Shown here: one piece after another, positions 1 to 9,031 of the stretch
Position numbering within the stretch: the stretch's first letter is position 1
Layout: each line of letters begins with the position of its first letter
NCBI GenBank assembly: GCA_017481725.1
Contig: JAFUOX010000055.1
Span: forward strand, 7,443-71,442
DNA: 64,000 bases
Origin: Kiritimatiellia bacterium
GTDB taxonomy: Bacteria > Verrucomicrobiota > Kiritimatiellia > RFP12 > UBA3636
Reading direction: 5' to 3'
Notes under the pieces: model-generated
The model's database searches: none
The model's input: the letters and a program-made list of their open reading frames with translations, nothing else
What the model was told of the DNA's origin: nothing
Program-made: the position numbers and the translations under genes

Positions 1-1161
1 ATTGCACAAGATGAGGCACTGGCTTTTGATTACACAGCAAAGGGAGGTGTTGTTGCTGTGGTTTCTGATGGTACAGCGATTTTAGGTCTTGGAGATTTGG
101 GGGCAACTGCATCAATTCCAGTTATGGAGGGTAAGGCAGTGTTGTTTAAAACCTTTGCTGATGTTAATGCATGGCCAGTTGTTTTAAATCATTGCCGTGA
201 GAATGGAGAAAATACCGGTAAGACAGATCCTCAGCGTGTGATTGATGCGGTTATGGCGATTGCACCAATGTATGGAGGCATCAATCTTGAGGATATAGCT
301 TCTCCAGCATGCTTTGAGATAGAGGACCGTTTAAGCGAGCTATTAGATATTCCTGTATTTCATGATGACCAGTGGGGTACAGCAGTAATTGTTAGTGCGG
401 CTGTACGAAATTATGCGATTTATAGTGGTAAGGCACTAGAGGAATTGAAGGTGGTAATCAGTGGTGCTGGTGCCGCTGGTACACGCATTCGTGATGTTCT
501 TAAAGCTGCAGGTGTGAAAAGCGTAACAATGAGTGATATTGATGGCGTTATTTATAAGGGACGCCCATGCAATACAGAGCATCACGAACGCATCGCTGTT
601 GATACAGAGGCACGAGTAATTTCTGAGGCACTCGTTGGTGCAGATGTTTTAATAGGTGTTTCTGCAGCAAATTGTATTAAGCCAGAGTGGGTGCTTGCAA
701 TGGCAGAAAATCCAGCAATTTTTGCAATGGCAAATCCAGATCCCGAGATTCGCCCAGAGGTAGTCGCAGAGGCTTTTGGTAATCGCCCTTATGTAATGGC
801 AACTGGTCGCTCTGATTATCCAAATCAAATTAATAATGTTCTTTGTTTCCCATTTCTTTTCAGAGGAGCATTAGATGTTCGTGCTCGTAAGATTACTATG
901 GGTATGAAGCTTGCTGCGTCTAAGGCTCTAGCTGAGGCAGCACATCGCCCTGTAGGAGAAGCAACAAAGGCATTATATCCAAATGAAATATTGGAGTTTG
1001 GGCGTAATTATATTATTCCAAAGCCATTTGATAAGGATATTTTGGTAGATGTCTCAGCTGCAGTGGCTCAAGCAGCAGTTGATGAGGGTGTTGCTAGGGT
1101 TGAGTCCTTTGATATTGAGGCATATAAACAACAGCTTCGTGATCGACAGAAAAACATGTAA
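1..1161 (+). CDS. NAD(P)-dependent malic enzyme, 5'-truncated by window edge, no PTA domain
   Basis: Frame is open from base 1 ([31 protein letters not shown]). Motifs [49 protein letters not shown]. Confidence 0.93.
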   Translation: MAQDEALAFDYTAKGGVVAVVSDGTAILGLGDLGATASIPVMEGKAVLFKTFADVNAWPVVLNHCRENGENTGKTDPQRVIDAVMAIAPMYGGINLEDIASPACFEIEDRLSELLDIPVFHDDQWGTAVIVSAAVRNYAIYSGKALEELKVVISGAGAAGTRIRDVLKAAGVKSVTMSDIDGVIYKGRPCNTEHHERIAVDTEARVISEALVGADVLIGVSAANCIKPEWVLAMAENPAIFAMANPDPEIRPEVVAEAFGNRPYVMATGRSDYPNQINNVLCFPFLFRGALDVRARKITMGMKLAASKALAEAAHRPVGEATKALYPNEILEFGRNYIIPKPFDKDILVDVSAAVAQAAVDEGVARVESFDIEAYKQQLRDRQKNM

Positions 1162-1178
1162 TTTTAAAGGAGTTATTT

Positions 1179-2924
1179 ATGGTAGCTACAGAATATAAAC
1201 AAATTGATGAAGTACTTTCTACGTGGTTAAATGCACGCTTTCGTGAGGTTTTCCCAGAGACAGAAATTGGTGAAAATATTGGTCGTGTAATCCCATCTGC
1301 AAATGCAGCATTTGGTGATTTTCAGTGCAATGATGCGATGGCTCTTTCAAAGGTTTTGAAGCAGCCTCCACGCAATATTGCTACAAAGGTTGTTGAAGGG
1401 CTTGAATTGCCATCAATGATTTCAAAGCTTGAGATTGCTGGTCCAGGTTTTATAAATATAACAATTTCTTCTGATTTTATTGCAGAGAGCTTGCTTGCAA
1501 TGGCAGCAGCTGACAAGTGCGGCATCCCACAATGTGGTGTTGGCCACACCGTGGTTATTGACTATTCAAGCCCTAATGTGGCAAAACCAATGCACATTGG
1601 TCACATCCGTTCAACAGTAATTGGCTCTGCAATTGATAAATTGCATCGAGCACTAGGCTATAACGTAATTGCCGATAATCATCTAGGCGACTGGGGAACA
1701 CAGTTCGGCATTATCATTATGGGTTATCGTAACTTTGTTGACAAAGAGAAGCTTGCATCTGAGCCAGCAACAGAGCTAGAGCGCTGCTATGTGCAGAGCT
1801 ATGCCCGCGCAAAGGATGATGAAGAGTGGATGAATCGGTGCCGTGAGGAGCTGGTGAAGCTTCAGCAGGGCGATGAAGAGAATCTTGCTCTTTGGAAGGA
1901 ATTTATCCGTCTTTCAATGATTGAGTTTAATCGCGTTTTTGCACGTCTTGGTGTAAACTTTGATTTAACTCGTGGTGAGAGCTACTACCAGCCAGTATTG
2001 AAGAGCGTTGTTGACCGCCTAGAGGAGGCTGGTCTTGCTAAGGATAGCGAGGGAGCAAAGATTGTAGATCTTGAGGCAGAGAAGCTTGGCGTATGTATTG
2101 TGCGCAAGAGTGATGGTGGCTTTAACTATGCCACAACAGACATTGCCACAGTTGAGTCTCGTGTAACAGAGTTTAATCCAGAGAAGATTATCTACGTCAC
2201 TGACGAGCGCCAGCAGCTACACTTTAAGCAGTTCTTTAATATCTGCCGCAAGATGAATATCGCACCTGAGAGCACAGCACTTGAGCATGTTTGGTTTGGC
2301 TTAATGCGTTTGCCAGAGGGCACATTCTCCACACGTCAGGGTAATGTAATCAAGCTAGAGGCTTTACTTGATGAAGCAGAGAGTCGTGCTCGTAAGATTA
2401 TCTCAGAATCTCGCCCAGATATGCCAGAGGATGAGGCTGCTAAGCTTGCTGCTAAGATTGGTATTGGTGCAGTAAAGTATTCAGATTTAAGCCAAGATCC
2501 TCGTACTATGATCACATTTACTTGGGATAAGGCACTTTCTCTTGATGGCAATTCTGGCCCATATTTGCAGTACGCACATGCTCGTATTCGTAGTGTGCTA
2601 GAGAAGTACAAGGCACAGTTCCCTGAGCTTGATTATGAGAGCTATCCAATTGTGCTTAATGAGGATATTGAGCGTAGCCTAGCATTGAAGCTTGCAATGT
2701 ATCCATCTGCAGTTAAGAAGGCAGCTCAAAGCTATCGCCCATGCGTGCTAGCGGATTACCTCTATGAGCTTTCTCAACTCTATAGTAGCTTCTATCAGCG
2801 TGTGCCATTCCTTAAGGCAGATGAGGGCGTACGTGAGAGTCGCATCCGCATTTGCTCGATTGTGGCAAAGGTTCTTTCTCAAGGACTTGGTATCCTTGGA
2901 ATCGAAGCACCTGAGCGCATCTAA
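1179..2924 (+). CDS. argS: Arginyl-tRNA synthetase
   Basis: FGDFQCN, DYSSPNVAKPMHIGHIRS (HIGH), HLGDWGTQFG, GNSGPYLQYAHAR. AAGGAG RBS. Confidence 0.97.
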   Translation: MVATEYKQIDEVLSTWLNARFREVFPETEIGENIGRVIPSANAAFGDFQCNDAMALSKVLKQPPRNIATKVVEGLELPSMISKLEIAGPGFINITISSDFIAESLLAMAAADKCGIPQCGVGHTVVIDYSSPNVAKPMHIGHIRSTVIGSAIDKLHRALGYNVIADNHLGDWGTQFGIIIMGYRNFVDKEKLASEPATELERCYVQSYARAKDDEEWMNRCREELVKLQQGDEENLALWKEFIRLSMIEFNRVFARLGVNFDLTRGESYYQPVLKSVVDRLEEAGLAKDSEGAKIVDLEAEKLGVCIVRKSDGGFNYATTDIATVESRVTEFNPEKIIYVTDERQQLHFKQFFNICRKMNIAPESTALEHVWFGLMRLPEGTFSTRQGNVIKLEALLDEAESRARKIISESRPDMPEDEAAKLAAKIGIGAVKYSDLSQDPRTMITFTWDKALSLDGNSGPYLQYAHARIRSVLEKYKAQFPELDYESYPIVLNEDIERSLALKLAMYPSAVKKAAQSYRPCVLADYLYELSQLYSSFYQRVPFLKADEGVRESRIRICSIVAKVLSQGLGILGIEAPERI

Positions 2925-2929
2925 ATTAC

Positions 2930-2964
2930 AAAAGGCTGAATGGCAAAAACCATTCAGCCTTTTT
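2930..2964 (+). terminator. Intrinsic terminator after argS
   Basis: AAAGGCTGAATGG-CAAAAA-CCATTCAGCCTTT hairpin with T tail. Confidence 0.85.
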
Positions 2965-3007
2965 AAGTATATGTGCTGCTTCGTCCACCATTTAAATTAT
3001 TGCACGA

Positions 3008-3038
3008 CTAAATCCACCAAAAGAGGTGCATTTACTTT
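3008..3038. repeat. Short-form palindromic repeat (11-6-11), copy A
   Basis: CTAAATCCACC-AAAAGA-GGTGCATTTAC(TTT), 27/31 identical to 45619-45649. Confidence 0.6.
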
Positions 3039-3139
3039 TGCAAATTACACAATTTTTTCATTTTAGTGTGAATAAAAAATGTGTATAGACACCATTCTTA
3101 TTATTTGGTAAAATATAAGTTTAAATTTCAAGGTTTTTT

Positions 3140-4723
3140 ATGCTTACTTCATTAACTAATAAGAAAAACAAAATATTTTCAATAGCAGATGCCATGCTAT
3201 TAATTAAGGATGGTGATACTATTGTAACTAGTGGCTTTACGGGTACTGGCTCTCCAGAAACTCTCTTTCGCGGTTTGGCAAGAAGGTTTAAAGAGACAGG
3301 TTCTCCTCGTAATTTGACATATACATTTCCAGCAGCACCAGGCGATGGTAACCAGCGTGGTGTTAATAGCATTGCCCTTGAAGGTTTAGTTAAGCGTGTG
3401 ATTTTTGGTCACATAGGAATGATTCCTGCACTGCAAAAGCTTATCGTTGAAAATAAGGCAGAGGGGTATAATCTTCCTCTTGGTGTTATTGCACAGCTAT
3501 ATCGTGATATTGCTGCAGGTAAGCCTGGTACTCTTACTTCTGTTGGTTTGGGAACCTTTGCTGACCCAGATTTTGGTGGTGGCAAAATGAATGCTTCCTC
3601 CACAGATGATTTAGTGAAGAAAATAGATATAGAAGGTCAGCAATATTTGCTTTATAAATGCTTCCCTCTTAATATTGCTCTTGTTCGTGGAACAACTGCT
3701 GACCCAGATGGTAATGTTTCTTTGGAGCATGAGGCTCTAAACCATGGTTTGCGTGCAATAGCAGCCGCCGTACATAATTCAGGCGGTAAGGTAATTGTAC
3801 AAGTGAAGAAGATTGTTGAAAATGGCATGCTAACTGGTCGCCAAATTCATCTTCCTGCTTGCTTGGTAGATGCAGTTGTAATTTCAGAAGAGCGTGGTGA
3901 TGACGCACAGACATATCTTGATTATTTCAATCCAACCTTCTGCGGTGATATGCGTGTGCCAATGAATGAAATACCAATGATGCCACTTACAGAGCGCAAG
4001 GTTATCGCTCGTCGTGGAGCAATGGAGCTTTCTACTGATGCACTAGTAAATCTAGGTATTGGTATACCAGAGGGTGTTGCTTCTGTAGCTGCAGAGGAGG
4101 GATTGAGCAAAACCTTTACTCTAACAACAGAGGCTGGTGTAATTGGTGGTGTGCCATGTGGTGGCTTAAACTTTGGTGTTTCCTATAACCCAGAGGCATT
4201 CTTTGCTATTGGTGACCAATTTGATTTGTATGATGGCGGTGGTATTGATGCCGCATTCTTGGGCTTGGCACAGGTAGATGAAGAAGGGAATATCAACGTA
4301 AGTAAATTTGGAACAAAGATTCCAGGCTTTGGAGGTTTTATTAATATTAGCCAAAATTCCAAGAAGGTGGTATTTATGGGAACCTTCACAGCTGGTGGGC
4401 TTGAGGTGAAGATTGACGATGGTAAGCTAACTATTGTTAAAGAGGGTAAAGCACGTAAGTTCGTTAGAAATTTAGAACAGCGTACCTTCAATGGTAAGCT
4501 TGCAGCAAAGAAAAATGCAAATGTTCTTTATGTTACAGAACGTTGTGTTTTTAAATTGACAATTGATGGACTTGAGTTAATTGAGGTTGCTCCTGGAATT
4601 GATATTGAACGCGACATTATTGCGAATATGGATTTCCGTCCAATTATAAAAAATCCTCGACCTATGGATGAACGCATATTTATGAATCAGCCAATGGGTT
4701 TAAAGGCAGATGAATTGTATTAA
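3140..4723 (+). CDS. Acyl-CoA:acetate/propionate CoA-transferase (YdiF/Pct family)
   Basis: RGTTADPDGNVS, VNLGIGIPEGVA, catalytic E in TTEAGVIGG, GNINVSKF, GGFINISQ, YVTERCVF. Confidence 0.92.
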   Translation: MLTSLTNKKNKIFSIADAMLLIKDGDTIVTSGFTGTGSPETLFRGLARRFKETGSPRNLTYTFPAAPGDGNQRGVNSIALEGLVKRVIFGHIGMIPALQKLIVENKAEGYNLPLGVIAQLYRDIAAGKPGTLTSVGLGTFADPDFGGGKMNASSTDDLVKKIDIEGQQYLLYKCFPLNIALVRGTTADPDGNVSLEHEALNHGLRAIAAAVHNSGGKVIVQVKKIVENGMLTGRQIHLPACLVDAVVISEERGDDAQTYLDYFNPTFCGDMRVPMNEIPMMPLTERKVIARRGAMELSTDALVNLGIGIPEGVASVAAEEGLSKTFTLTTEAGVIGGVPCGGLNFGVSYNPEAFFAIGDQFDLYDGGGIDAAFLGLAQVDEEGNINVSKFGTKIPGFGGFINISQNSKKVVFMGTFTAGGLEVKIDDGKLTIVKEGKARKFVRNLEQRTFNGKLAAKKNANVLYVTERCVFKLTIDGLELIEVAPGIDIERDIIANMDFRPIIKNPRPMDERIFMNQPMGLKADELY

Positions 4724-4761
4724 AATGCTTTTGCCTAAGAATTTAAGGTTTGTGAGAAGAT

Positions 4762-5562
4762 ATGTATAAGGTTACCGTAATTACACCAAGCTATAATTCA
4801 GCAAAATTTATCGAAATTTGCATTAAGAGTATTGCAGCACAGCGTAGTGATACATTTAAGGTGCGTCACATTATTATGGATGGCGGAAGCACAGATGAAA
4901 CAGCAGAGGTTGTTAAACAATATCTTGGTGAGGATACTGAATTTATTTCTAAGCGCGATAAAGGTCCAGCAGATGCTATTAATCAAGGCTTTGCTCTTTC
5001 AAATAGTGATTATGTGTGTTGGTTAAACGCAGATGATGTTTATGAGCCTGGTGCTTTAGAGCGTGCAGCATCTGTTTTAGATGCTAATAAAAAAGCATCT
5101 TTTTGCTTTGGAAATTGTCCTATCATCAACGAACATGGAAATGAGATTCGCAAGTTTATAACTAGATTTAAAGAGTTCTTTTTTCCAATTTCTTCAAAGG
5201 TTGTAATCCAAACTCTTAACTATATTTCACAACCTTCTGTTCTTTTTAGAACATCAGCTGTGCGTGAGGTAGGTGATCTTCGCTTAGATTTAACAGCTGC
5301 ATGGGATTATGATTTCTTACTCCGTTTGTGGAATATAGGCCCAGCTGTTAGAATAAAGGCAACACAAGCATATTTTAGATGGACCCCACATTCTATTAGT
5401 GGACAAAATTTTGAGCGTCAATTTAAAGAAGAATTTGATTCTGCGGTCCGTCAGGCAGGGTATTGGAAGCCATGGATTTGGATTCATTGGTTCTGTATTA
5501 AGTTTATAATTCTATTGTACACTATAATGACTTTAAAGCATAGAAAGGCTGTAAAAGCATGA
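4762..5562 (+). CDS. Glycosyltransferase family 2
   Basis: VITPSYNS, DGGSTD, WLNADD. Confidence 0.9.
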   Translation: MYKVTVITPSYNSAKFIEICIKSIAAQRSDTFKVRHIIMDGGSTDETAEVVKQYLGEDTEFISKRDKGPADAINQGFALSNSDYVCWLNADDVYEPGALERAASVLDANKKASFCFGNCPIINEHGNEIRKFITRFKEFFFPISSKVVIQTLNYISQPSVLFRTSAVREVGDLRLDLTAAWDYDFLLRLWNIGPAVRIKATQAYFRWTPHSISGQNFERQFKEEFDSAVRQAGYWKPWIWIHWFCIKFIILLYTIMTLKHRKAVKA

Positions 5563-6788
5563 AGATAGGTGTTAATGCTTTATTTTTGATTCCTGGAGAG
5601 GTTGGCGGAACAGAAACATATTTAAGAAAAATACTTTCAAAGCTACCTCAATTAGCACCAGAGCATGAATTTGTTGTTTTTGCAAATGAAGAAAATCGCA
5701 ATATGCTTGCACGCGATTTGTCTGAGTATTCTAATGTATCAATAATAGATACACGCATTAAAGCAACCTCTCGTTTGAGAAGAGTTTTGCATGAGCAGTT
5801 TGTTTTACCGAAGGTGGTTGCTTCACAGAATCTAGATGTTCTTTGGAATCCTGGTAATGTTTGCCCATTGTATAAGCATGTTTGTCCATATGTGACAACA
5901 ATTCATGATATGCAATATGTGACTCATCCAGAGGATTTTACTAAGGCTGGTCTATTCTTTATGAAGCATTTTACTCCGAAGGCAATTTCTAAGAGTGATG
6001 CGATAATAACAATTTCTGAATTTTCTCGTCAGGAAATAGTAAAGCACTCAAAAGTAAAGGTCGATAGAGTACACGTCGTGCTTTCAGCAGTAGCAAAGAA
6101 TTTTTCTAATTCAATGGATTTAGATTTTATTAAGGAGCGCAAGCTGGCACTTCTTCATTCAACAGATCCTTATTTGTTGGTTGTTGCAAATAGCTATCCA
6201 CATAAGAGTATTGAGACAGCAATCGAAGCCTTTGGAAAATTAAATGCTGCTGGCACGATGAATCTAGTAATTCTTGGTCGCCCTAGACTTGGCGAGCCAG
6301 CGGTTCAAGCAGCTATTGATGCTTTACCAGACCCAAGCCGCGTAATTCGCTTACATTATGTTGTTGAGAGCGATTTGCGTGCATTGTATCAAGGTGCTGC
6401 TGTATTTGTTTTCCCTTCGAAATATGAGGGCTTTGGATTGCCTGTGTTAGAGGGTATGCAAGCAGGAGTTCCTGTTGTTGCTGCAAAGATTGCTTCTGTG
6501 CCAGAGGTTGGTGGAGATGTAATTGAGTATTTTAAGCCAAGTGATTCTGATGATTTGGTTGTAGCTATTAATAAGGTGTTCAATAAAAGCGATGCTCAAC
6601 GAGAAGCACAAATTTTGGCACAAAAGCAACGTGCGGAGCGCTTTACTTGGGAAGAGTCAGCAAAGAATACACTTGCGGTTATTTTAGATGCTGCAGCATT
6701 GGGTTCTGCTGCTAATAAGGCTAAAAAAACGAAAAAGTCAAACCATAAGGATAGCAGTGTTCCTTTGATTGGTACCCTTGAAAATTAA
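5559..6788 (+). CDS. Glycosyltransferase family 4
   Basis: GGTETY, TIHD, FPSKYEGFGLPVLEGM. ATGA overlap with the upstream GT2. Confidence 0.92.
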   Translation: MKIGVNALFLIPGEVGGTETYLRKILSKLPQLAPEHEFVVFANEENRNMLARDLSEYSNVSIIDTRIKATSRLRRVLHEQFVLPKVVASQNLDVLWNPGNVCPLYKHVCPYVTTIHDMQYVTHPEDFTKAGLFFMKHFTPKAISKSDAIITISEFSRQEIVKHSKVKVDRVHVVLSAVAKNFSNSMDLDFIKERKLALLHSTDPYLLVVANSYPHKSIETAIEAFGKLNAAGTMNLVILGRPRLGEPAVQAAIDALPDPSRVIRLHYVVESDLRALYQGAAVFVFPSKYEGFGLPVLEGMQAGVPVVAAKIASVPEVGGDVIEYFKPSDSDDLVVAINKVFNKSDAQREAQILAQKQRAERFTWEESAKNTLAVILDAAALGSAANKAKKTKKSNHKDSSVPLIGTLEN

Positions 6789-6818
6789 TTTATAGTATAG
6801 AAGCTTTTGGAGCAAGTT

Positions 6819-7403
6819 ATGGAAAAAAAGGTTTACATTATTAGTGTTTTAATTCAAGACCGAATTGGTATTATTCGTGATGTAACAGGCTGCGTAACTG
6901 AGCTTGGCGGAAACCTCACTGATTTAAACCAAATCGTTATGGGTGGCGTTTTTTCTCTAAATTGTTTGGCTGAATTTGAGGGCGAAATAGAGGTCTTTGT
7001 TATTCAAGAAAAATTAAACCAATTTTTCTCTGACACACCTGATGCTGTTAGAATTACTGCTGCAAATTCAAAGGCCGTTTCTTCTGCTCACAAGCTTGAT
7101 AATAGTAAGTATTATGTTGCTGCTATTTCAGGACCAGACCAGCCAGGACGTATTTATTTGATTACAAAGTTATTTGCTTCTTATGGTGTTAATGTTGAGG
7201 ATTGGCGCCACGATTTGTCTGATAAGAATAACGCTTTAACTATTGGACTTATCACAATTCCAGAGAATTGTAACCTAACTCAGCTCCAAGCAGAGCTTCG
7301 TGAAATTATGTCACCATTTGGTGTAAGCTGTAGCATTCGCCATGAAAATATCTTTAGAGCAACTAATGAGGTTGGTCCTATTAGTGCTTTGCTAACTCGC
7401 TAA
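6819..7403 (+). CDS. Tandem ACT-domain protein (GcvR-like), partner of DUF711
   Basis: Two ACT repeats (QDRIGII, GPDQPGRI) and a C-terminal HENIFRA. ATG 6819 follows GGAG (track start 6807 TTG). Confidence 0.8.
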   Translation: MEKKVYIISVLIQDRIGIIRDVTGCVTELGGNLTDLNQIVMGGVFSLNCLAEFEGEIEVFVIQEKLNQFFSDTPDAVRITAANSKAVSSAHKLDNSKYYVAAISGPDQPGRIYLITKLFASYGVNVEDWRHDLSDKNNALTIGLITIPENCNLTQLQAELREIMSPFGVSCSIRHENIFRATNEVGPISALLTR

Positions 7404-7431
7404 TATCCATTTTTTAAGGAGAGTATTTGAA

Positions 7432-8805
7432 ATGAGAAGTACTTCAGATTTGTCTGCCACATTAAGAATGATTGGCGAAGAGAATTTAGACGTTAGAACA
7501 GTTACACTTGGAGTCAATCTTAACGTTTGTGCTGATAGTGACCCAAAGAAGATGACTGAGGCTGTGTATGAGCGCATTTGCCGTAATGCTGAGAAGCTTG
7601 TTTCTACAGCAGATGAGGTTGGTGCACAATATGGTGTTGAGATTGTAAATAAGCGCCTTGCTATTTCTCCTGCATCTGTTCTTTTGGAAAGACATGACCA
7701 TGCCACAGCTGTTGAGCTTGCAAAGGCACTTGATCGTGCTTGTGAGACAGTTGGTATCAACCTACTCGGTGGCTTTACCGCTCTTGTACAAAAGGGTATG
7801 ACAAGAGGAGAGCGCATTCTTATTGAGTCACTACCAGCTGCACTTGCTGCTACAAAGCATGTTTGTGCATCAGTTAATATTGGCACAACAAAGGCAGGTA
7901 TTAATGTAGATGCAGTTTACCTAGTTGCTAAGCAGATTGTAGAGGTAGCACAGGCAACGAAATCAGATAATGGCTTTGGTGCCGCAAAGCTTGTTGTTTT
8001 TGCAAATCAGCCAGAGGATAATCCTTTTATGGCAGGAGCTTTACTTGGTCCAGGTGAGCCAGAGACTGTAATTAACGTTGGTGTAAGCGGTCCTGGTGTT
8101 GTTAAGCGTGCTTTGGATCGATTGTTTGCTAGAAAGCCAAACGCAACCTTTGATGAGATTGCTGAGGAGGCAAAGCACACTGCTTATCGTGTAACCCGCG
8201 TTGGTGAGCTAGTTGGTCACGAGGTTGCTGCACGCTTGGGTGTTCGCTTTGGTGTTGTTGATTTGGCTCTTGCACCTACACCAAAGGTTGGTGATTCAGT
8301 AGGCGAAATCTATCAAGCAATGGGTCTAAGCAAAATTGGTGCTCCTGGCACAACAGCTGCTGTTATGATGCTTAACGATGCTGTGAAGAAGGGTGGCTCT
8401 TTTGCTTCTGTTGCAGTAGGTGGATTGTCTGGAGCATTTATTCCTGTGATGGAGGATCATGCTCTATCACAGGCAGTTACAGATGGAACTCTTACACTTG
8501 AGAAGCTTGAGGCAATGACAGCAGTTTGCTCTGTTGGTCTAGATATGATTATGCTTCCTGGTGATACAACACCAGAGACAATTGCTGGCATTATCCTTGA
8601 TGAGGCTGCAATTGGTGTTACAAACCGTAAGACAACTGCTGTTCGTGTAATCCCTGTTCCTGGTGCAAAGGTTGGTGATTCATTTGATTTTGGTGGCCTA
8701 TTTGGCGGTGGAACTGTAACGGCTCCTGTTTGCCAAGATGGGAATGCTGCATTTGTTAAGCGAGGTGGACATATTCCTGCACCAATTCATAGCCTAAGTA
8801 ATTAG
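7432..8805 (+). CDS. DUF711/UPF0210 PFL-like family protein
   Basis: LDVRTVTLG, IVNKRLAISP, EDNPFMAGA, NDAVKKGG, VGGLSGAFIPV, AVCSVGLDM, RGGHIPAP. Confidence 0.93.
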   Translation: MRSTSDLSATLRMIGEENLDVRTVTLGVNLNVCADSDPKKMTEAVYERICRNAEKLVSTADEVGAQYGVEIVNKRLAISPASVLLERHDHATAVELAKALDRACETVGINLLGGFTALVQKGMTRGERILIESLPAALAATKHVCASVNIGTTKAGINVDAVYLVAKQIVEVAQATKSDNGFGAAKLVVFANQPEDNPFMAGALLGPGEPETVINVGVSGPGVVKRALDRLFARKPNATFDEIAEEAKHTAYRVTRVGELVGHEVAARLGVRFGVVDLALAPTPKVGDSVGEIYQAMGLSKIGAPGTTAAVMMLNDAVKKGGSFASVAVGGLSGAFIPVMEDHALSQAVTDGTLTLEKLEAMTAVCSVGLDMIMLPGDTTPETIAGIILDEAAIGVTNRKTTAVRVIPVPGAKVGDSFDFGGLFGGGTVTAPVCQDGNAAFVKRGGHIPAPIHSLSN

Positions 8806-8836
8806 AATATTAGTGTTTTCTCCAATTGACTAGGTG

Positions 8837-8869
8837 TTAGGGTGTGATGATAAAAGCATTACACCCTAA
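8837..8869 (+). terminator. Hairpin/terminator after DUF711 gene
   Basis: TTAGGGTGTGATG...CATTACACCCTAA. Confidence 0.7.
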
Positions 8870-8971
8870 ATATTTTCAGTAGTGGTATAATTAACCAAAT
8901 TTTTTTGATAATCATGCATTATAATGCCGATTGCACGACTAAGTTGGAGCATTGAGGCATAATTTAGGTTC

Positions 8972-9000
8972 TTGTATTTGGTTTTTGGGTTTGTTATAAT
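8972..9000 (+). promoter_or_regulatory. Sigma70-type promoter of clpC
   Basis: TTGTAT-17 bp-TATAAT with TGn extended -10. Confidence 0.65.
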
Positions 9001-9031
9001 ATAACAAAAAAGAATTTGTAGAGGGAAAAAT

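Noticed and set aside
8930-8942. ATTGCACGACTAA shared with 2999-3011
   Set aside because: A 13-bp match without the second palindrome arm, too short to call a repeat copy.
8870-9031. CtsR or CIRCE heat-shock operator before clpC
   Set aside because: Neither the GGTCAAA direct repeat nor TTAGCACTC-N9-GAGTGCTAA is present.
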